A stretch of 64,000 nt of DNA from positions 3,642-67,641 of IMG/VR virus record IMGVR_UViG_3300043434_000700; one strand, 5' to 3'. Each line of letters begins with the position of its first letter. Position 1 is the first letter of the stretch. The translations under genes were made by a program, and so were the position numbers. This DNA is from a virus. Below are positions 48,543 to 59,288 of the stretch, piece after piece. The notes beneath the pieces are model-generated. The model saw only the letters and a list, made by a program, of their open reading frames with translations, searched no databases and was not told the origin of the DNA.

Positions 48543-49775
48543 TTAAATTACTAGCAACCAGTAGTTTTTCGTTATGTCAACGCTACCGTTACCAGCTGTT
48601 ACTTTGATTTCATATCGACTAGGGCTACTGTTTTGAGGAGCAGTTCCTACGATATTATTTCCGCTTACTGTTAACCAGCTAATTGCAGACTCACCTGCAT
48701 TTGCAGGTTGAATTGTTATACTTGTAGCGTTATTTACACCTAAAGTAAAATTTATGGTGTCTCCACCAGAAAAACTTCCAATATATGAATTGGAATTGGT
48801 CCAATAAGGCTTAGACTGGCCGAAGTTGATTAAGTTTGTAAAGACAAACTCGTTACCACTAGTATCTACCAGTGTTAGGTCTTGCGGATACGACCACAAT
48901 GGTCCTACCACGCGAGCCGTTTCTATCATCAATTGCATTGTGTTTGCAGTTGGATAGTCGATTCTTGTTATTGCTTGGCCACCAACACGAGCACCTGTAC
49001 CAAATGTGATATCAGTAGCTTCAATTGTAATTGTAGTGTAATGAGCAATGCTACTGTAACTTACTGCCGTTATTGTTGGACGAGGACGATCGTTTGTTAC
49101 AGTGCTTCTTAAAATTCTTACTTCGATTAAGTCACCAGATTCTGGAACTTCATCAAATGCCAATGTATCACCATTGATAACTGTATAGCTATAGTTTGGT
49201 TGTTGAACAATACCGTTAATTGATACAACCAAGTTAGCTGGGTTTGCTACACTCTCTAACAATGTAAATGTTGAAGTAGCACCGTCGCCAAAATAGTTTT
49301 TTGTTACTAGGCTAAGCTGGTGAGTTTTATTTTTAAACTGACCAGATACTACATCAAATGATAGAACTTGTCCCGCTGTAGGTGAGCTGATTGTTGTATC
49401 TGTTAGACTGTCTAAAGATAGATTACCGATTATGTCAGCAAAATTTGCATTAGCATTTTGTTGATTTAGTACAATCTCTGTTAGAGAATCAATTGCGGCT
49501 GGATCAACGTTGCTTTTGATGTAATCAATTTGTTGTTGCAAGTCTTGGTCTTGTGCATCAACATAACTTAATGCTGCCAACGTTTCCCAATCGTTACCAG
49601 AATAGTATTCGGGCTTGTCAGATGTTTGGTCAAAGCGTACATGACCAGCCAGTGGTGAAACTGGACGGTCAGTGTCTTCGCCTGCTGGCAATGCCAATGC
49701 ACCAGTGGCATCAATGGTCAGCACATTAGATGCTGGCTTAATTGATTCGTTTGTGTGATTGGTCTTAATTGCCAT
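48543..49775 (-). CDS. structural protein (fibre adaptor; Ig-like C-terminus)
   Basis: LP.G...RP...GHVRF, DPAAIDSLTEI, GDG.T..F...VSINGIVQ.P motifs. Confidence 0.7.
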   Translation of the reverse strand: MAIKTNHTNESIKPASNVLTIDATGALALPAGEDTDRPVSPLAGHVRFDQTSDKPEYYSGNDWETLAALSYVDAQDQDLQQQIDYIKSNVDPAAIDSLTEIVLNQQNANANFADIIGNLSLDSLTDTTISSPTAGQVLSFDVVSGQFKNKTHQLSLVTKNYFGDGATSTFTLLESVANPANLVVSINGIVQQPNYSYTVINGDTLAFDEVPESGDLIEVRILRSTVTNDRPRPTITAVSYSSIAHYTTITIEATDITFGTGARVGGQAITRIDYPTANTMQLMIETARVVGPLWSYPQDLTLVDTSGNEFVFTNLINFGQSKPYWTNSNSYIGSFSGGDTINFTLGVNNATSITIQPANAGESAISWLTVSGNNIVGTAPQNSSPSRYEIKVTAGNGSVDITKNYWLLVI

Positions 49776-49780
49776 TTAGA

Positions 49781-50233
49781 TTACGCCTTGCTTTCGATCT
49801 TTTCTTTTGTGCGGCCATATGCGGCAACGCCTAGAACAGCACCCATTGCAACGTGGTACAAACCTGCACCTTGCAATGTCAATGGTTGCCATTGTAATTC
49901 TACTCGACCGTTGTTGCCTAGTGCTTGTACTACACTCCACAGGATAGGGGCAATAACAAAGTCGAACATACACGTTACCATATAAGTCCAGCCCATCATT
50001 GGGCGCCACTTTTTGTTTACCCAGTCAGTGTTGGTATTTTCAATTGAGCTTTCTGCTCCTCCAGCAGTAGTTACAGCGGCTGCATCAGCTGTGGCTTTTA
50101 CGCTGGCTGCATAGTCAACCGAAGTTGTGTTTGCAAAGCCACCGTTTTGAATTTTGTTGTTGATGTTTACTTGAGCGCCACTTGTAAGTGGTGTAAATGC
50201 ATCGGAATCATCGTAGTCGTCTAGTTTTGGCAT
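49781..50233 (-). CDS. putative holin (3TM/GTA-holin-like)
   Basis: WRPMMGWTY plus hydrophobic segments and LGV.AYGRT.EK. Confidence 0.6.
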   Translation of the reverse strand: MPKLDDYDDSDAFTPLTSGAQVNINNKIQNGGFANTTSVDYAASVKATADAAAVTTAGGAESSIENTNTDWVNKKWRPMMGWTYMVTCMFDFVIAPILWSVVQALGNNGRVELQWQPLTLQGAGLYHVAMGAVLGVAAYGRTKEKIESKA

Positions 50234-50270
50234 AGTTATTATGTCTCCTAATGTATTATTTACCTTAGGA

Positions 50271-50501
50271 TCACTTTTTTGGCTGTAAGAACTCTTGAAC
50301 CTTGGTTGCTACAGCAGACATGAAATCTGTGCCTGGTGCGGCTTTACCCCATTTGCCAGCTGGACATTCCTCTGCGGCTATTGTTACTTTTAAATTTACC
50401 AAACATCCGCACATTGAACATTGTTTAGTTGAGCGCCTATAGAACTCACACTTTTGGCAATGGCCAGCACGTTCAAGTCTTACTTCTATATTTGTAAACA
50501 T
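50271..50501 (-). CDS. small Cys-rich protein (DUF6171-like)
   Basis: R..HC.KC...C.MCGC...K......CP.GKW. Confidence 0.7.
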   Translation of the reverse strand: MFTNIEVRLERAGHCQKCEFYRRSTKQCSMCGCLVNLKVTIAAEECPAGKWGKAAPGTDFMSAVATKVQEFLQPKK

Positions 50502-50519
50502 ACGCTACTTATGCCGTAG

Positions 50520-50543
50520 AAAAGGGCTCCGAAGAGCCCTTTT
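50520..50543 (-). terminator. intrinsic terminator after major capsid gene
   Basis: AAAAGGGCTC-TTCG-GAGCCCTTTT. Confidence 0.85.
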
Positions 50544-50567
50544 ATTGTTTCTACTAACCGTTTAAGA

Positions 50568-51764
50568 TTAGATGAAGCTTAGGTTGTCGCTAGCGATAGC
50601 GATTGTGTTAACGTAGTCGGCAGCGTTACCTAAAGAAGATGCGCTGTTTGACAACTCAACATAACCATAACGTGTCATGAAAGACACTGTTGGTTCGAAT
50701 GTTGCTGGATCTAGAACAACACCAGAGCTCATCAATGGAATGTATGGGCAATAGAATGCTGGAGCGTCCATTTCGTTAGCGCCTTTGTAACCGATAAGGA
50801 TCGGAGCATCGTCGCCAGCGTAGTGGTTAACATATACGCGAACAGAGCTGTTCAATGTACCAACGAACTTAGTGTTTGTTGGAGCTTCGAATGTACCTTC
50901 TGTTGTACGAGCAAATGCGCTTGTAGTAGCAGATTGTAAGATTGTCAATGCTGTTGGAGAAACTACGATGTAGTTACCAGCACCACGACGTGTACGGCTA
51001 GCGATGTCGTTAGCGGCACGGTTTACCAATACTGCTAAGGCAGCGTGTTGGTCACCAACGAAGTTGGCTTGACCGCTAACAGCGGCTTGGTCGTATGTAC
51101 CATAAGCAGTACCGGCCAAGTTGATCAACGAACCGATAACTTCTTGGTCAATTTCAGCTGTGATTTCTTGTGCCAATGCAGCCATGATTTCCGCTTCAAC
51201 GTCAACACCGTGGATGGCTTGTGCGTCTTGAGCGGCTTCAAATGTCCAACGAGCAGACAACTTACGGCTCTTAGCTTCAACAGTCTCTTTCAAGATCTGG
51301 ATGTTCATCTTCTTGCCGCCTTGACCTTCTAGGCTAGCAGTAGAAGCACCTTTACCACCAGCACCAGAGTACTGAGTAGCAATGCTGAATGGGCTTAGAG
51401 CTTCATCACCAGCAGTTACGGCTTTACCGATGTTACCAGACGCGTTGTCGGCAGCGTCAGCGCCTTCGGCGTAACGTACACGCAATGTGTGGATCTGGCT
51501 AACTGGACCTTGCATTGGCTGAACACCAACTAATTCGTTAGCGATAGTTGTTGGCATAACGCGACGAATAACAGGTAAAATAACCTTGTTTAAAACTGCA
51601 ATGTTACCAGAAGCTGTGCCGCCAGCTGTTGCTGTTTCTGTCAAATACTTCTTTGTATTTTCCAAGCAGACTTCCATTGTAGTCTTGCGTTGACCTTGTA
51701 GGCCTTCTGTTAAGGCTTGCTTAGTAGCAGACCAGTTTTTGCTTTCAAATAGAGCTTGTGACAT
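50568..51764 (-). CDS. 23: major capsid protein
   Basis: VIRRVMP..IA.ELVGVQPM.GP, AKSRKL.ARWT.EAAQD, EIDQE, FYCPYIPL and MTRYG motifs. Confidence 0.96.
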   Translation of the reverse strand: MSQALFESKNWSATKQALTEGLQGQRKTTMEVCLENTKKYLTETATAGGTASGNIAVLNKVILPVIRRVMPTTIANELVGVQPMQGPVSQIHTLRVRYAEGADAADNASGNIGKAVTAGDEALSPFSIATQYSGAGGKGASTASLEGQGGKKMNIQILKETVEAKSRKLSARWTFEAAQDAQAIHGVDVEAEIMAALAQEITAEIDQEVIGSLINLAGTAYGTYDQAAVSGQANFVGDQHAALAVLVNRAANDIASRTRRGAGNYIVVSPTALTILQSATTSAFARTTEGTFEAPTNTKFVGTLNSSVRVYVNHYAGDDAPILIGYKGANEMDAPAFYCPYIPLMSSGVVLDPATFEPTVSFMTRYGYVELSNSASSLGNAADYVNTIAIASDNLSFI

Positions 51765-51778
51765 ATAATGTCTCCTAA

Positions 51779-52891
51779 TTAAATCTTAATACCAGCGAGT
51801 TTACGAAGTTGTTGAATTGTTTCATCAGCTTCGGCTGGGGCGGCTTCGACAACTTGTGCTGTCTTATCGCCTGTAACCACAGTCTTCTGTGATTGCTGTC
51901 CTTCAACAAGTTGTTTCTTCTCACGACGAACTTCCTCGTTTAAAACAGATGGCAGGTACTTCTGGAATTGGTCTTTTAGTTTAGCAGTATCTGTGCTTTC
52001 TAGTAACTCTTCCATGATTGCTCGTTTGTCTTTCGACAATGGTGAGCATAGGTCCTGCATGACGCGAACTCGCTGTGCTTGATCTTCCGCAATGCGCTGA
52101 CGACGAAGCGACTCGCTAATTTGTTGTTCTTTTTGTGTTAGTGTTGATTGAGCTTCTGATAGTTGTGTGTTCATATCTGCTAGCTTACGATTCAATTCGC
52201 TAACGGCTGTACCGTCTGCAAACTTACTTGCCATAAACTCCGCGGCGAAGGCTTCCATAATCTTACGACCAAAGTTATTTTCTTTGGCTGTACGGATGTC
52301 TTCTTTTAATTGTGTTACTTCTTTCTTGAAAGATTCAGCAACCATTGTATTGATTTTCTCGCTTGCTTTCTTAATGAAATTAGAACGAGCTTCTGCAATA
52401 GCTTTACGACCTTCTGCAACTAACTTAACGCGAGCGTCAACTAGTTGTTTGTGATCTTCGTGCAATTCGCTTAGTTCAGAAGTTAGTTTACGTAAAGCAA
52501 ACTCTTCTAATTGACCAACTGCATCTTTTTGTGATTGGCGGTCAGACTTTAGTTCTGCTACTTCTTTTGCCAATGTTTCCATTACAAATTTCTGTAGTAA
52601 CTGTGCATCTTCGCTGATCTTGGCAGCATACTTTACACGTTGAGCAACTGCTTCTTCACGTAAAGTTTTTAAATCGGCAGCACCTGCAGAGATAGTATCT
52701 TGCATTAGCTTGTCCATTGCTTCAATTAGCTGGCTTTTATCGTGTTCATAACGACCAGCAAATTCTTCGCGTAACTCAGCTGTAACTGATTCACGGCTTT
52801 CGGATAAGTGTTTTTCCCAAGCGGCGTTGATGTTCTCACGCACCTCTTCGGATAAAACTACTGAACCTAACATTTCTGTAAATTGTGTCAT
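51779..52891 (-). CDS. 22: prohead core/scaffold protein
   Basis: Coiled-coil, Glu-rich; between protease and capsid genes. Confidence 0.8.
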   Translation of the reverse strand: MTQFTEMLGSVVLSEEVRENINAAWEKHLSESRESVTAELREEFAGRYEHDKSQLIEAMDKLMQDTISAGAADLKTLREEAVAQRVKYAAKISEDAQLLQKFVMETLAKEVAELKSDRQSQKDAVGQLEEFALRKLTSELSELHEDHKQLVDARVKLVAEGRKAIAEARSNFIKKASEKINTMVAESFKKEVTQLKEDIRTAKENNFGRKIMEAFAAEFMASKFADGTAVSELNRKLADMNTQLSEAQSTLTQKEQQISESLRRQRIAEDQAQRVRVMQDLCSPLSKDKRAIMEELLESTDTAKLKDQFQKYLPSVLNEEVRREKKQLVEGQQSQKTVVTGDKTAQVVEAAPAEADETIQQLRKLAGIKI

Positions 52892-52906
52892 GTTTTTTCC
52901 TCAGAC

Positions 52907-53536
52907 TTATTTCAGATTCTGAATGAATCTACGCACTTCGTTTTCTAAGTGCTTTTGTGCGGACCTATCGTAGGTCGCCGCGTAGGCCACGTCCATCAGA
53001 GCGGCACGTCTACGACTGCCCATTACTCGTTCATAAATTGCTGTTGGATAAGCATCAGGTGCGCTGGGTTGAGCAACAACGTCAACTGTAACGATTTCAA
53101 AGTCAGAAACTTTGCCGCTTTCAGTTACATTGCCGGATCCACGGCTACTAACGCCTAGCTTAACACCACTTTCAAGCAATGTCTTAATAATGTTACCCAT
53201 AGGTGTTGGGATTAGCTTTAATTTGCCAAAACCGTTTTCGCCTTCCATCCACATGTCAGTAATCATATGACTTACGCGGTCAATGTTTACTTGTAAATCA
53301 TCTGGGTGGTCTGCTTCACCTAATACAGAATAACCTTGTTCTAGTCGAGACTTAATGCTCTCTACTGCACGGCTAATTTCATTAATAGGGTAAACACGAC
53401 CGTTATGGTTTTGTTTAGCACCTTGAATAAAAATACCCTTCATGTAGAGATCTTTACCGCCACTGGCTGACTCTTTTGATTCAATAACCAAATTGGCTTG
53501 ATCAAATGTTAAGTGTTCACGTAGTGGCTGGTTCAT
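52907..53536 (-). CDS. 21: prohead protease
   Basis: GIFIQG..N.NGRVYP, GEADHP, VSH, GVSSRG.G, DVVAQPSAP.A. Confidence 0.93.
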   Translation of the reverse strand: MNQPLREHLTFDQANLVIESKESASGGKDLYMKGIFIQGAKQNHNGRVYPINEISRAVESIKSRLEQGYSVLGEADHPDDLQVNIDRVSHMITDMWMEGENGFGKLKLIPTPMGNIIKTLLESGVKLGVSSRGSGNVTESGKVSDFEIVTVDVVAQPSAPDAYPTAIYERVMGSRRRAALMDVAYAATYDRSAQKHLENEVRRFIQNLK

Positions 53537-53541
53537 GATGA

Positions 53542-54255
53542 TTAGGCCTTAGTTGAAACTTTGCTGAGGGCTGGCTTAGTTGTACCACCCATGTCTTGTG
53601 CTTTTGGAGCGGCTGCTGGTGTTGTACCGCTTGGAGTACCACTTGCATTGCTTGCACCAATTTTAACTGCTGGACGAGCACCCATTGGGTTCTTGCCTGC
53701 AACTGGGCTATGTTTCTGATCAGCTTTGTCGCTGTTGTCTGGCTTAGCAACGGCTGTTAATTCTGCTGATTCTTCAATGCTTTCTGGCATTTCTTCTTCA
53801 GCTTCTACGTCGCCCATTTCTTCTTCTGCGCCCATTTCATCACCGGCACCAGAAACCATTTCTTCAAATTCTGCTTTTAATTTTGCTAATGCAGACTCAA
53901 CGTCCATCATAGCATCTGCAACATCACCAGCGTCAGCATCAACTGCTTCTGCACCAGCTTCATCGCCTATGCCCATTTCGGCACCTAGGTCGTCTGTTGC
54001 GGCTTCTTCATCGCCTGCGCCCATTTCTGGAGCAAGTTCGTCGTCGCCTTCTTCTGTCAAATCGGCTTCAACTTCGTCAATTGAACCGCTTAAATCTGTT
54101 GTGTCTTCGTCTTCGAAGGCAATGTCATCAGCCATAATGTCTTCATAGACTTTACGACCAATACCTACATAGTAGTCATGTAACAATGCGCTAGCTTGAT
54201 CTTCTTCTTTGTTAAGAAGGTGAGCTAATGCCTGTTCTAAGATTGATTTACTCAT
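53542..54255 (-). CDS. acidic prohead core protein (gp67-like position)
   Basis: Very D/E-rich 237 aa between portal and protease. Confidence 0.6.
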   Translation of the reverse strand: MSKSILEQALAHLLNKEEDQASALLHDYYVGIGRKVYEDIMADDIAFEDEDTTDLSGSIDEVEADLTEEGDDELAPEMGAGDEEAATDDLGAEMGIGDEAGAEAVDADAGDVADAMMDVESALAKLKAEFEEMVSGAGDEMGAEEEMGDVEAEEEMPESIEESAELTAVAKPDNSDKADQKHSPVAGKNPMGARPAVKIGASNASGTPSGTTPAAAPKAQDMGGTTKPALSKVSTKA

Positions 54256-54401
54256 TTATTTCTCCTTGCGCTAAGGGGAAGGCATATTATTTGAATATAC
54301 CGTACCAATAACTACTTACTAATGACGCAAAGGATTATGGCGGAAATGGCGGAAAAACTGTCTGTTTTTACGCAATAAGTGTCAAAAAATATAATTTAGT
54401 G

Positions 54402-54608
54402 TTAGACTGGTGCTGGTCTAGCGTACATTTTTTTGACTAGGTCTAGTCGTTGAGCTTCTTCGTATTTTCGTAGATCACGTAGCTTTCTCAAGCGATTTAC
54501 GTGCTCAAGCGTTAAACGCTTGCGGCGCATATCACCATAAAAGGCCACGTCCGGATCGACTTCTGATTCGATCTCATCTTCGATTTCTAATAGGTCGTTA
54601 AATCTCAT
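54402..54608 (-). CDS. small prohead-region protein
   Basis: Start MRFNDLLE at 54608, TAAGTA 5 nt upstream; RLTL..VNRLRK. Confidence 0.7.
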   Translation of the reverse strand: MRFNDLLEIEDEIESEVDPDVAFYGDMRRKRLTLEHVNRLRKLRDLRKYEEAQRLDLVKKMYARPAPV

Positions 54609-54633
54609 ACTCTTACTTAGTAAAAAGTGAAAT

Positions 54634-56322
54634 TTACGCGGCCGGTGGCGTTGGTGGTGGTACAACGCCTTCGGCTCCGCCTTCTGCACCTGGCTCAGCA
54701 GTTCCGCCACCCTCAGCTTCAAGATCTTCCATACCCATGCCAAGATCTAAATCAGCTTCGCCGGGACCTTTAAGTCCAGTTGCACCAAAGCCAGCGCCTT
54801 CGTCGCCACTTGAAGCCATAGCGTCTTGGCCTTCATTTTCTTCAGTCCACATACGTTCGTTTTCCAAGATTTCATCTTCTGTCAAGCCTAAGAATTTCTT
54901 CAACTTGAATCTATGGCTTAGATAAGGAATCTCAGAAAGCTGTGTAAACACTGCTGAACGTGCATTGTTAACTTCAATTTCACGATAGTCAGAGAAGTTT
55001 TGTGGCTCTAAGAAGTCGATGTCGAACTCCGAGCTGTCAATGTTAATACCACGTTGCTTCATAAAGACTTTAAACTCTTTATCTAGCATAGGAGCAATTA
55101 AACCTTGTAGTCTGCGGCAGTAACGATTGAAACGGAACTCTTGAATCAGTGCTGTGCCCATACGTCCGTCGTTGAAAACAGCCGCGCTGTCATCGGGACC
55201 AGTTGGCAAATAGCTACTTGGAATACGTAAGCCACGAAGCATTTTGTTTGTAAAATACTTCAAGTCATCAATTTCACCTAAACCAGTACCGCCAGGTAGT
55301 GTTTCAACTTTACTGCCACGACCGTCGGCTGTTTGAGCAAAGAAGAAGTCTTCCATGATACTCAATGGATTGTAGCTTGCATCAACTGCATTTGAGCCAC
55401 CTGCACGAGTTGGAATACGGCGCTGGTGAATTTCGTTTTTAACACGCTCAACGAATGCCATTGCTTGGTGAGCTGGCAAGTTACCCGTGTCAATGTAAAA
55501 TACACGGCGTTCTGGCGCACGTTGTACACGATAGATAATAACAGCATCTTCAAGCATTTCTTTTTGTTTGTATACTTTAAATACGCTATCAAGAATACTT
55601 GGGCCAAATGGCCAGCTTGCATCTAAACCTTCGTTTAGACTAATGTGAATAATGTCGTTGGCATCAATGGCGACTTCGCCGCCTTGTTGGCCAGGCTTGG
55701 CATAGTTACTTGATTGAGAAACAGGGCCGGCTGCATTTGTTACTGCGGCACCTGGTAATGTTTGTACGTTGTCAATTGGCTGTGTTGCAATTTTAGCAGC
55801 CATGTTAGGATGCACGTTGGCAATAACGTATTGCTCAACTGCACGACCTTCTGCTTCGTTAATAACTGCACGTTTAACATCGACTGGGTTTACCCAGTAT
55901 AGTTCAAATGTTTCTGGATCACGCAAGAAAAAGTGATCGCCATACTTGATTGCACTACGGAACATGCGGAATACACGTTGATCCATTTTGTTAATAGCGC
56001 ACCATTTTTTAAGTGCTTCATTAACAACTTTGCTTTCGCTTTCAGTTGGATCTTCTTTCCACATAATGCGGAATGGTAAGTTTGAGTCTGCATCAGCTTG
56101 TGTGCAAAACTCAGCAATTGTATCTAATGCGGCGTTTACTTCGCTGTCGATATCCATTTGATCGTACTGAACATAACGGTCTGTACGGTTTGGTTGGCCA
56201 GTATATACTTCTTGTAACCAAGATGCAAACTTAGCAGACGTAGCTGATGCTCCGCCTCGTTGGCCAGCAGAAGTCTTTTCAGCTTCTGCGTCCCAAATTT
56301 TAAAATGTTTTCTCCAGCTCAT
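54634..56322 (-). CDS. 20: portal protein
   Basis: EDAVIIYRVQRAPERRVFYIDTGNLP, EDFFF, VETLPGG, DDLKYF..K..RGL.IP.S. Confidence 0.95.
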   Translation of the reverse strand: MSWRKHFKIWDAEAEKTSAGQRGGASATSAKFASWLQEVYTGQPNRTDRYVQYDQMDIDSEVNAALDTIAEFCTQADADSNLPFRIMWKEDPTESESKVVNEALKKWCAINKMDQRVFRMFRSAIKYGDHFFLRDPETFELYWVNPVDVKRAVINEAEGRAVEQYVIANVHPNMAAKIATQPIDNVQTLPGAAVTNAAGPVSQSSNYAKPGQQGGEVAIDANDIIHISLNEGLDASWPFGPSILDSVFKVYKQKEMLEDAVIIYRVQRAPERRVFYIDTGNLPAHQAMAFVERVKNEIHQRRIPTRAGGSNAVDASYNPLSIMEDFFFAQTADGRGSKVETLPGGTGLGEIDDLKYFTNKMLRGLRIPSSYLPTGPDDSAAVFNDGRMGTALIQEFRFNRYCRRLQGLIAPMLDKEFKVFMKQRGINIDSSEFDIDFLEPQNFSDYREIEVNNARSAVFTQLSEIPYLSHRFKLKKFLGLTEDEILENERMWTEENEGQDAMASSGDEGAGFGATGLKGPGEADLDLGMGMEDLEAEGGGTAEPGAEGGAEGVVPPPTPPAA

Positions 56323-56345
56323 AGTTTATTACTTATCGTATGTTA

Positions 56346-59288
56346 TTAAGACAATCTAACCGGACTTTCATATCCGTTTTTTCGTGTATTGCCTCGAATT
56401 GCTTGTAAATCGTTTTCAATGTTAGACAGATATGACATCAACTGTCCGATTACTTCTGGTGTTATTGCGGCGTTGCCAGATAACACATTTGACAATGCAT
56501 TACCTTGTTGTGGTGCGCCAGCAATGCCATCCGTTGATATTTGTGGGATAGACAATCCGTCTAAACTTGGCATGTCAATGTTGCTTATTTCAACTAACGC
56601 ATTTTTAAAATTGTCTAATGCATCAAGGTCTAATGATTTTAAGTTCTCATTGATCAATCCAATACTTGATCCAAACTTAAACATGCCTTCGCCAATCATG
56701 CTGATCTTATCAGCAACTGGTACCAACTCTAAAATACGTTCCATTGGGCTTTTTGCGCCAAATAGACTCATTAATCCAGTTACTAAACTGGTTGCTGTTG
56801 CCGCTACCATACCAGCCGCAAAAACAACTGCACCAGCGCCAACTGCCGCAAGGCCTGCACCTACTGCAATTAAGTTTACACCATCAATTTTACCAACTTT
56901 TTCTATTGCATTAGCAAACACATCTGCGGCTTGGGCAGCAACCCAAGCACCTGCACCAAACACACCAAGTGCTAGACCTAATGCGCCGATTGCTAATGAA
57001 CCGGCTGCAATGACCGGTAAGAAGGCTCCCATTACTCCAGCGGCTACTGCAAATACACCTAGTGCAACTGCTCCTTTGGCAATGCCTTCCCAATTTAAAT
57101 CGTTGAATGTTTGGAAGCCTTTACCTGCTACCCACATAGCGGCCCCAAGTGCGGCAATTCCTAATGCTCCTTTTAATATACTAGAAGTCATATTACCAAT
57201 CATTTGTGCCGACACTGCCAGTGCGCCTAGCGCGAGACCACCTTTAACTAAACTATCCCAGTTAACTTCATTAAATGTTTTGAATCCTACAGCCGAAACT
57301 AATACAGCGGCACCTAAAATTGCAATGGCAGCGGCACCTTTAACAATACCTGTTGTTGCTTCTCCGACTAGTCTAGCCATACCAATTAGGCCGCCAAGTG
57401 CAATAGTGCCTTTTGCTAAACTGTCCCACTTGACTTCATTGAATGTTTTTAATCCCACGGCAGTTAATGCCAATGCACTGCCTAGTAATGCAAGAGTAGC
57501 GGCACCTTTGACAGTTTTGCTTTCGCCCAACTTTCCTAACATATCGCCAAAGCCTTCCATACCCTTGCCTGCGGCTCCGCTTAACTTGTCCATGATTCCA
57601 CTGCCTGCGCCACCTGCTGAGGCAGTTGGGCCATTTTTCCAACCTGCAAATGATCCTGGTGCCGGTCCGGCAGTACCCATCTTCTTGCCAAACATGCCAC
57701 CAAACATGTCGCCTAACTTACTACCTAAGCCGCCTTTAAATAACCCACCCCCTGCGCCAAATAATGCAATTGCACCTAAACTAGTTGCCAATGTTGCAAT
57801 AGTAGCTGTGATACCTAATAACACATTTCGCAAACTTTCAATGGCTGCTTGCAAGCTATTCATAGCCATTATATTTTTTGCTTCAGATGTCAAGGGTTCT
57901 GCTTTTCCAGCGTCTTTGTCACCTGTTTTTATTTTAGTAGCTGTATCAAGTAATTTTGCAAGAGGTCCAGCAAGATCAGCATTATTAACTGCTAATCTAT
58001 TGCCTTCCATGCCCAATGCTTCCATAGCAGGCAACAATGCTTTTATATTTTTATTAAACGCATCGGTATCATTGCCACCATTGGTCCCACGTATTGCCTG
58101 TTCAAGAAGTTCTAGCGCTCTAAATTGTGATTGATTTCCGCCAGCTTCTGCCAATGCGCCCCTTGCCGCGCCAGCATCGCCTTCGGAAAGAGCTTTGGCA
58201 ATTCTAGCACCTAAATCAGCATCAGAAGTGACACCAAATGCTTCCACTGCCGGAGCTATTTTTACGGCTCCAGTATTACCCGTGGCAGCACTAAATCTAC
58301 CTGCGGTAGTTTCTCTAAACTTCTGCATCGCGGCTTGAAGTTCTCTTGTACTAGTACCAAATGTGTTGCTTAATTTGCGAGTACTAATTACCGTGTCTTC
58401 CATTTGCTTGGCAAATCTTTGCTGTGCATCTTGTGCGTCTTTGGCTCCGTAAGCCGCATCTCGGGCAATTGCCCCCATGAGTTTCGCACGTTCTTCCTCT
58501 GACATGCCCATTGCCGCGGCTGCGTTGGCAGCACGGTCAACGCTTTTGACTAGATCTTTGCCCAATGCATTACGCATGGTAGAGTTTAGATAGGAACTAC
58601 CATACTTTAGACCACGGCTTAAATTGCTCAGGTTCTCTGCGGCTTCTTGACTATTAGCGCCAAATGCTCTAAATCCGCCTTGGCTTTCTTCAATTACTTT
58701 AATGAAGGCAGCGCCTAGGCCACTCATCAGTTTCATCTGCGTAATTGAACCAACACTAAACTTGCTTAGATCAGCAAATGCTCCCATGTCAGCGGCGTTC
58801 TTTGCAAATTCTTGAAGCTGACCAATTGCGAAACCAGCCCCCCAGGCCATGCCTCCGACAATTTTACCAAAAGTAGATCCTGTACCTAGTAAGCTACCAC
58901 TGAAACTTCTAAGCATGGTAGTCATATTTGCATCGGCACTAATCATTGATGCGCCTAAATCCTTAAACGCATCAGTTGTTTGTTCTTGTATACGTTTGGC
59001 TTTTAGTTGCTCTTTGGTTAAATCTTGTTGGGCATCAACTGCTTTTTCAGACGCTTTGATTTCTTCTTCTGTTTGCTTGTTTAGGGCCTGAATTGTCTTG
59101 GTTGCTTTTTTTATTTCTTCGCGATTGGCTTTTTCAGTTGCATCAGCGGCTTTGGCACGTGGCACTGGACCATTTTTTGGAGTACCAGACGATGACGTTT
59201 GGTTACTGCCACGGCCAACAGAACTTGACACGCTGTCTAGCTTGTCTGTTAATCTGTTTATTGCCTTTATGAGTTCTTTATCATCCAT
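56346..59288 (-). CDS. tape-measure-like protein
   Basis: 980 aa, Ala/Gly-rich helical; repeated FN(E/D)(V/L).W..(L/I).KG..ALG units. Confidence 0.7.
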   Translation of the reverse strand: MDDKELIKAINRLTDKLDSVSSSVGRGSNQTSSSGTPKNGPVPRAKAADATEKANREEIKKATKTIQALNKQTEEEIKASEKAVDAQQDLTKEQLKAKRIQEQTTDAFKDLGASMISADANMTTMLRSFSGSLLGTGSTFGKIVGGMAWGAGFAIGQLQEFAKNAADMGAFADLSKFSVGSITQMKLMSGLGAAFIKVIEESQGGFRAFGANSQEAAENLSNLSRGLKYGSSYLNSTMRNALGKDLVKSVDRAANAAAAMGMSEEERAKLMGAIARDAAYGAKDAQDAQQRFAKQMEDTVISTRKLSNTFGTSTRELQAAMQKFRETTAGRFSAATGNTGAVKIAPAVEAFGVTSDADLGARIAKALSEGDAGAARGALAEAGGNQSQFRALELLEQAIRGTNGGNDTDAFNKNIKALLPAMEALGMEGNRLAVNNADLAGPLAKLLDTATKIKTGDKDAGKAEPLTSEAKNIMAMNSLQAAIESLRNVLLGITATIATLATSLGAIALFGAGGGLFKGGLGSKLGDMFGGMFGKKMGTAGPAPGSFAGWKNGPTASAGGAGSGIMDKLSGAAGKGMEGFGDMLGKLGESKTVKGAATLALLGSALALTAVGLKTFNEVKWDSLAKGTIALGGLIGMARLVGEATTGIVKGAAAIAILGAAVLVSAVGFKTFNEVNWDSLVKGGLALGALAVSAQMIGNMTSSILKGALGIAALGAAMWVAGKGFQTFNDLNWEGIAKGAVALGVFAVAAGVMGAFLPVIAAGSLAIGALGLALGVFGAGAWVAAQAADVFANAIEKVGKIDGVNLIAVGAGLAAVGAGAVVFAAGMVAATATSLVTGLMSLFGAKSPMERILELVPVADKISMIGEGMFKFGSSIGLINENLKSLDLDALDNFKNALVEISNIDMPSLDGLSIPQISTDGIAGAPQQGNALSNVLSGNAAITPEVIGQLMSYLSNIENDLQAIRGNTRKNGYESPVRLS

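Noticed and set aside
39351-49775. Diversity-generating retroelement or invertible tail-fibre cassette
   Set aside because: No reverse transcriptase or invertase in the window, and no adenine-specific TR/VR pair seen
56389-58134. 581-aa plus-strand ORF
   Set aside because: Antisense shadow of the Ala/Gly-rich tape-measure gene; no RBS or recognisable motif
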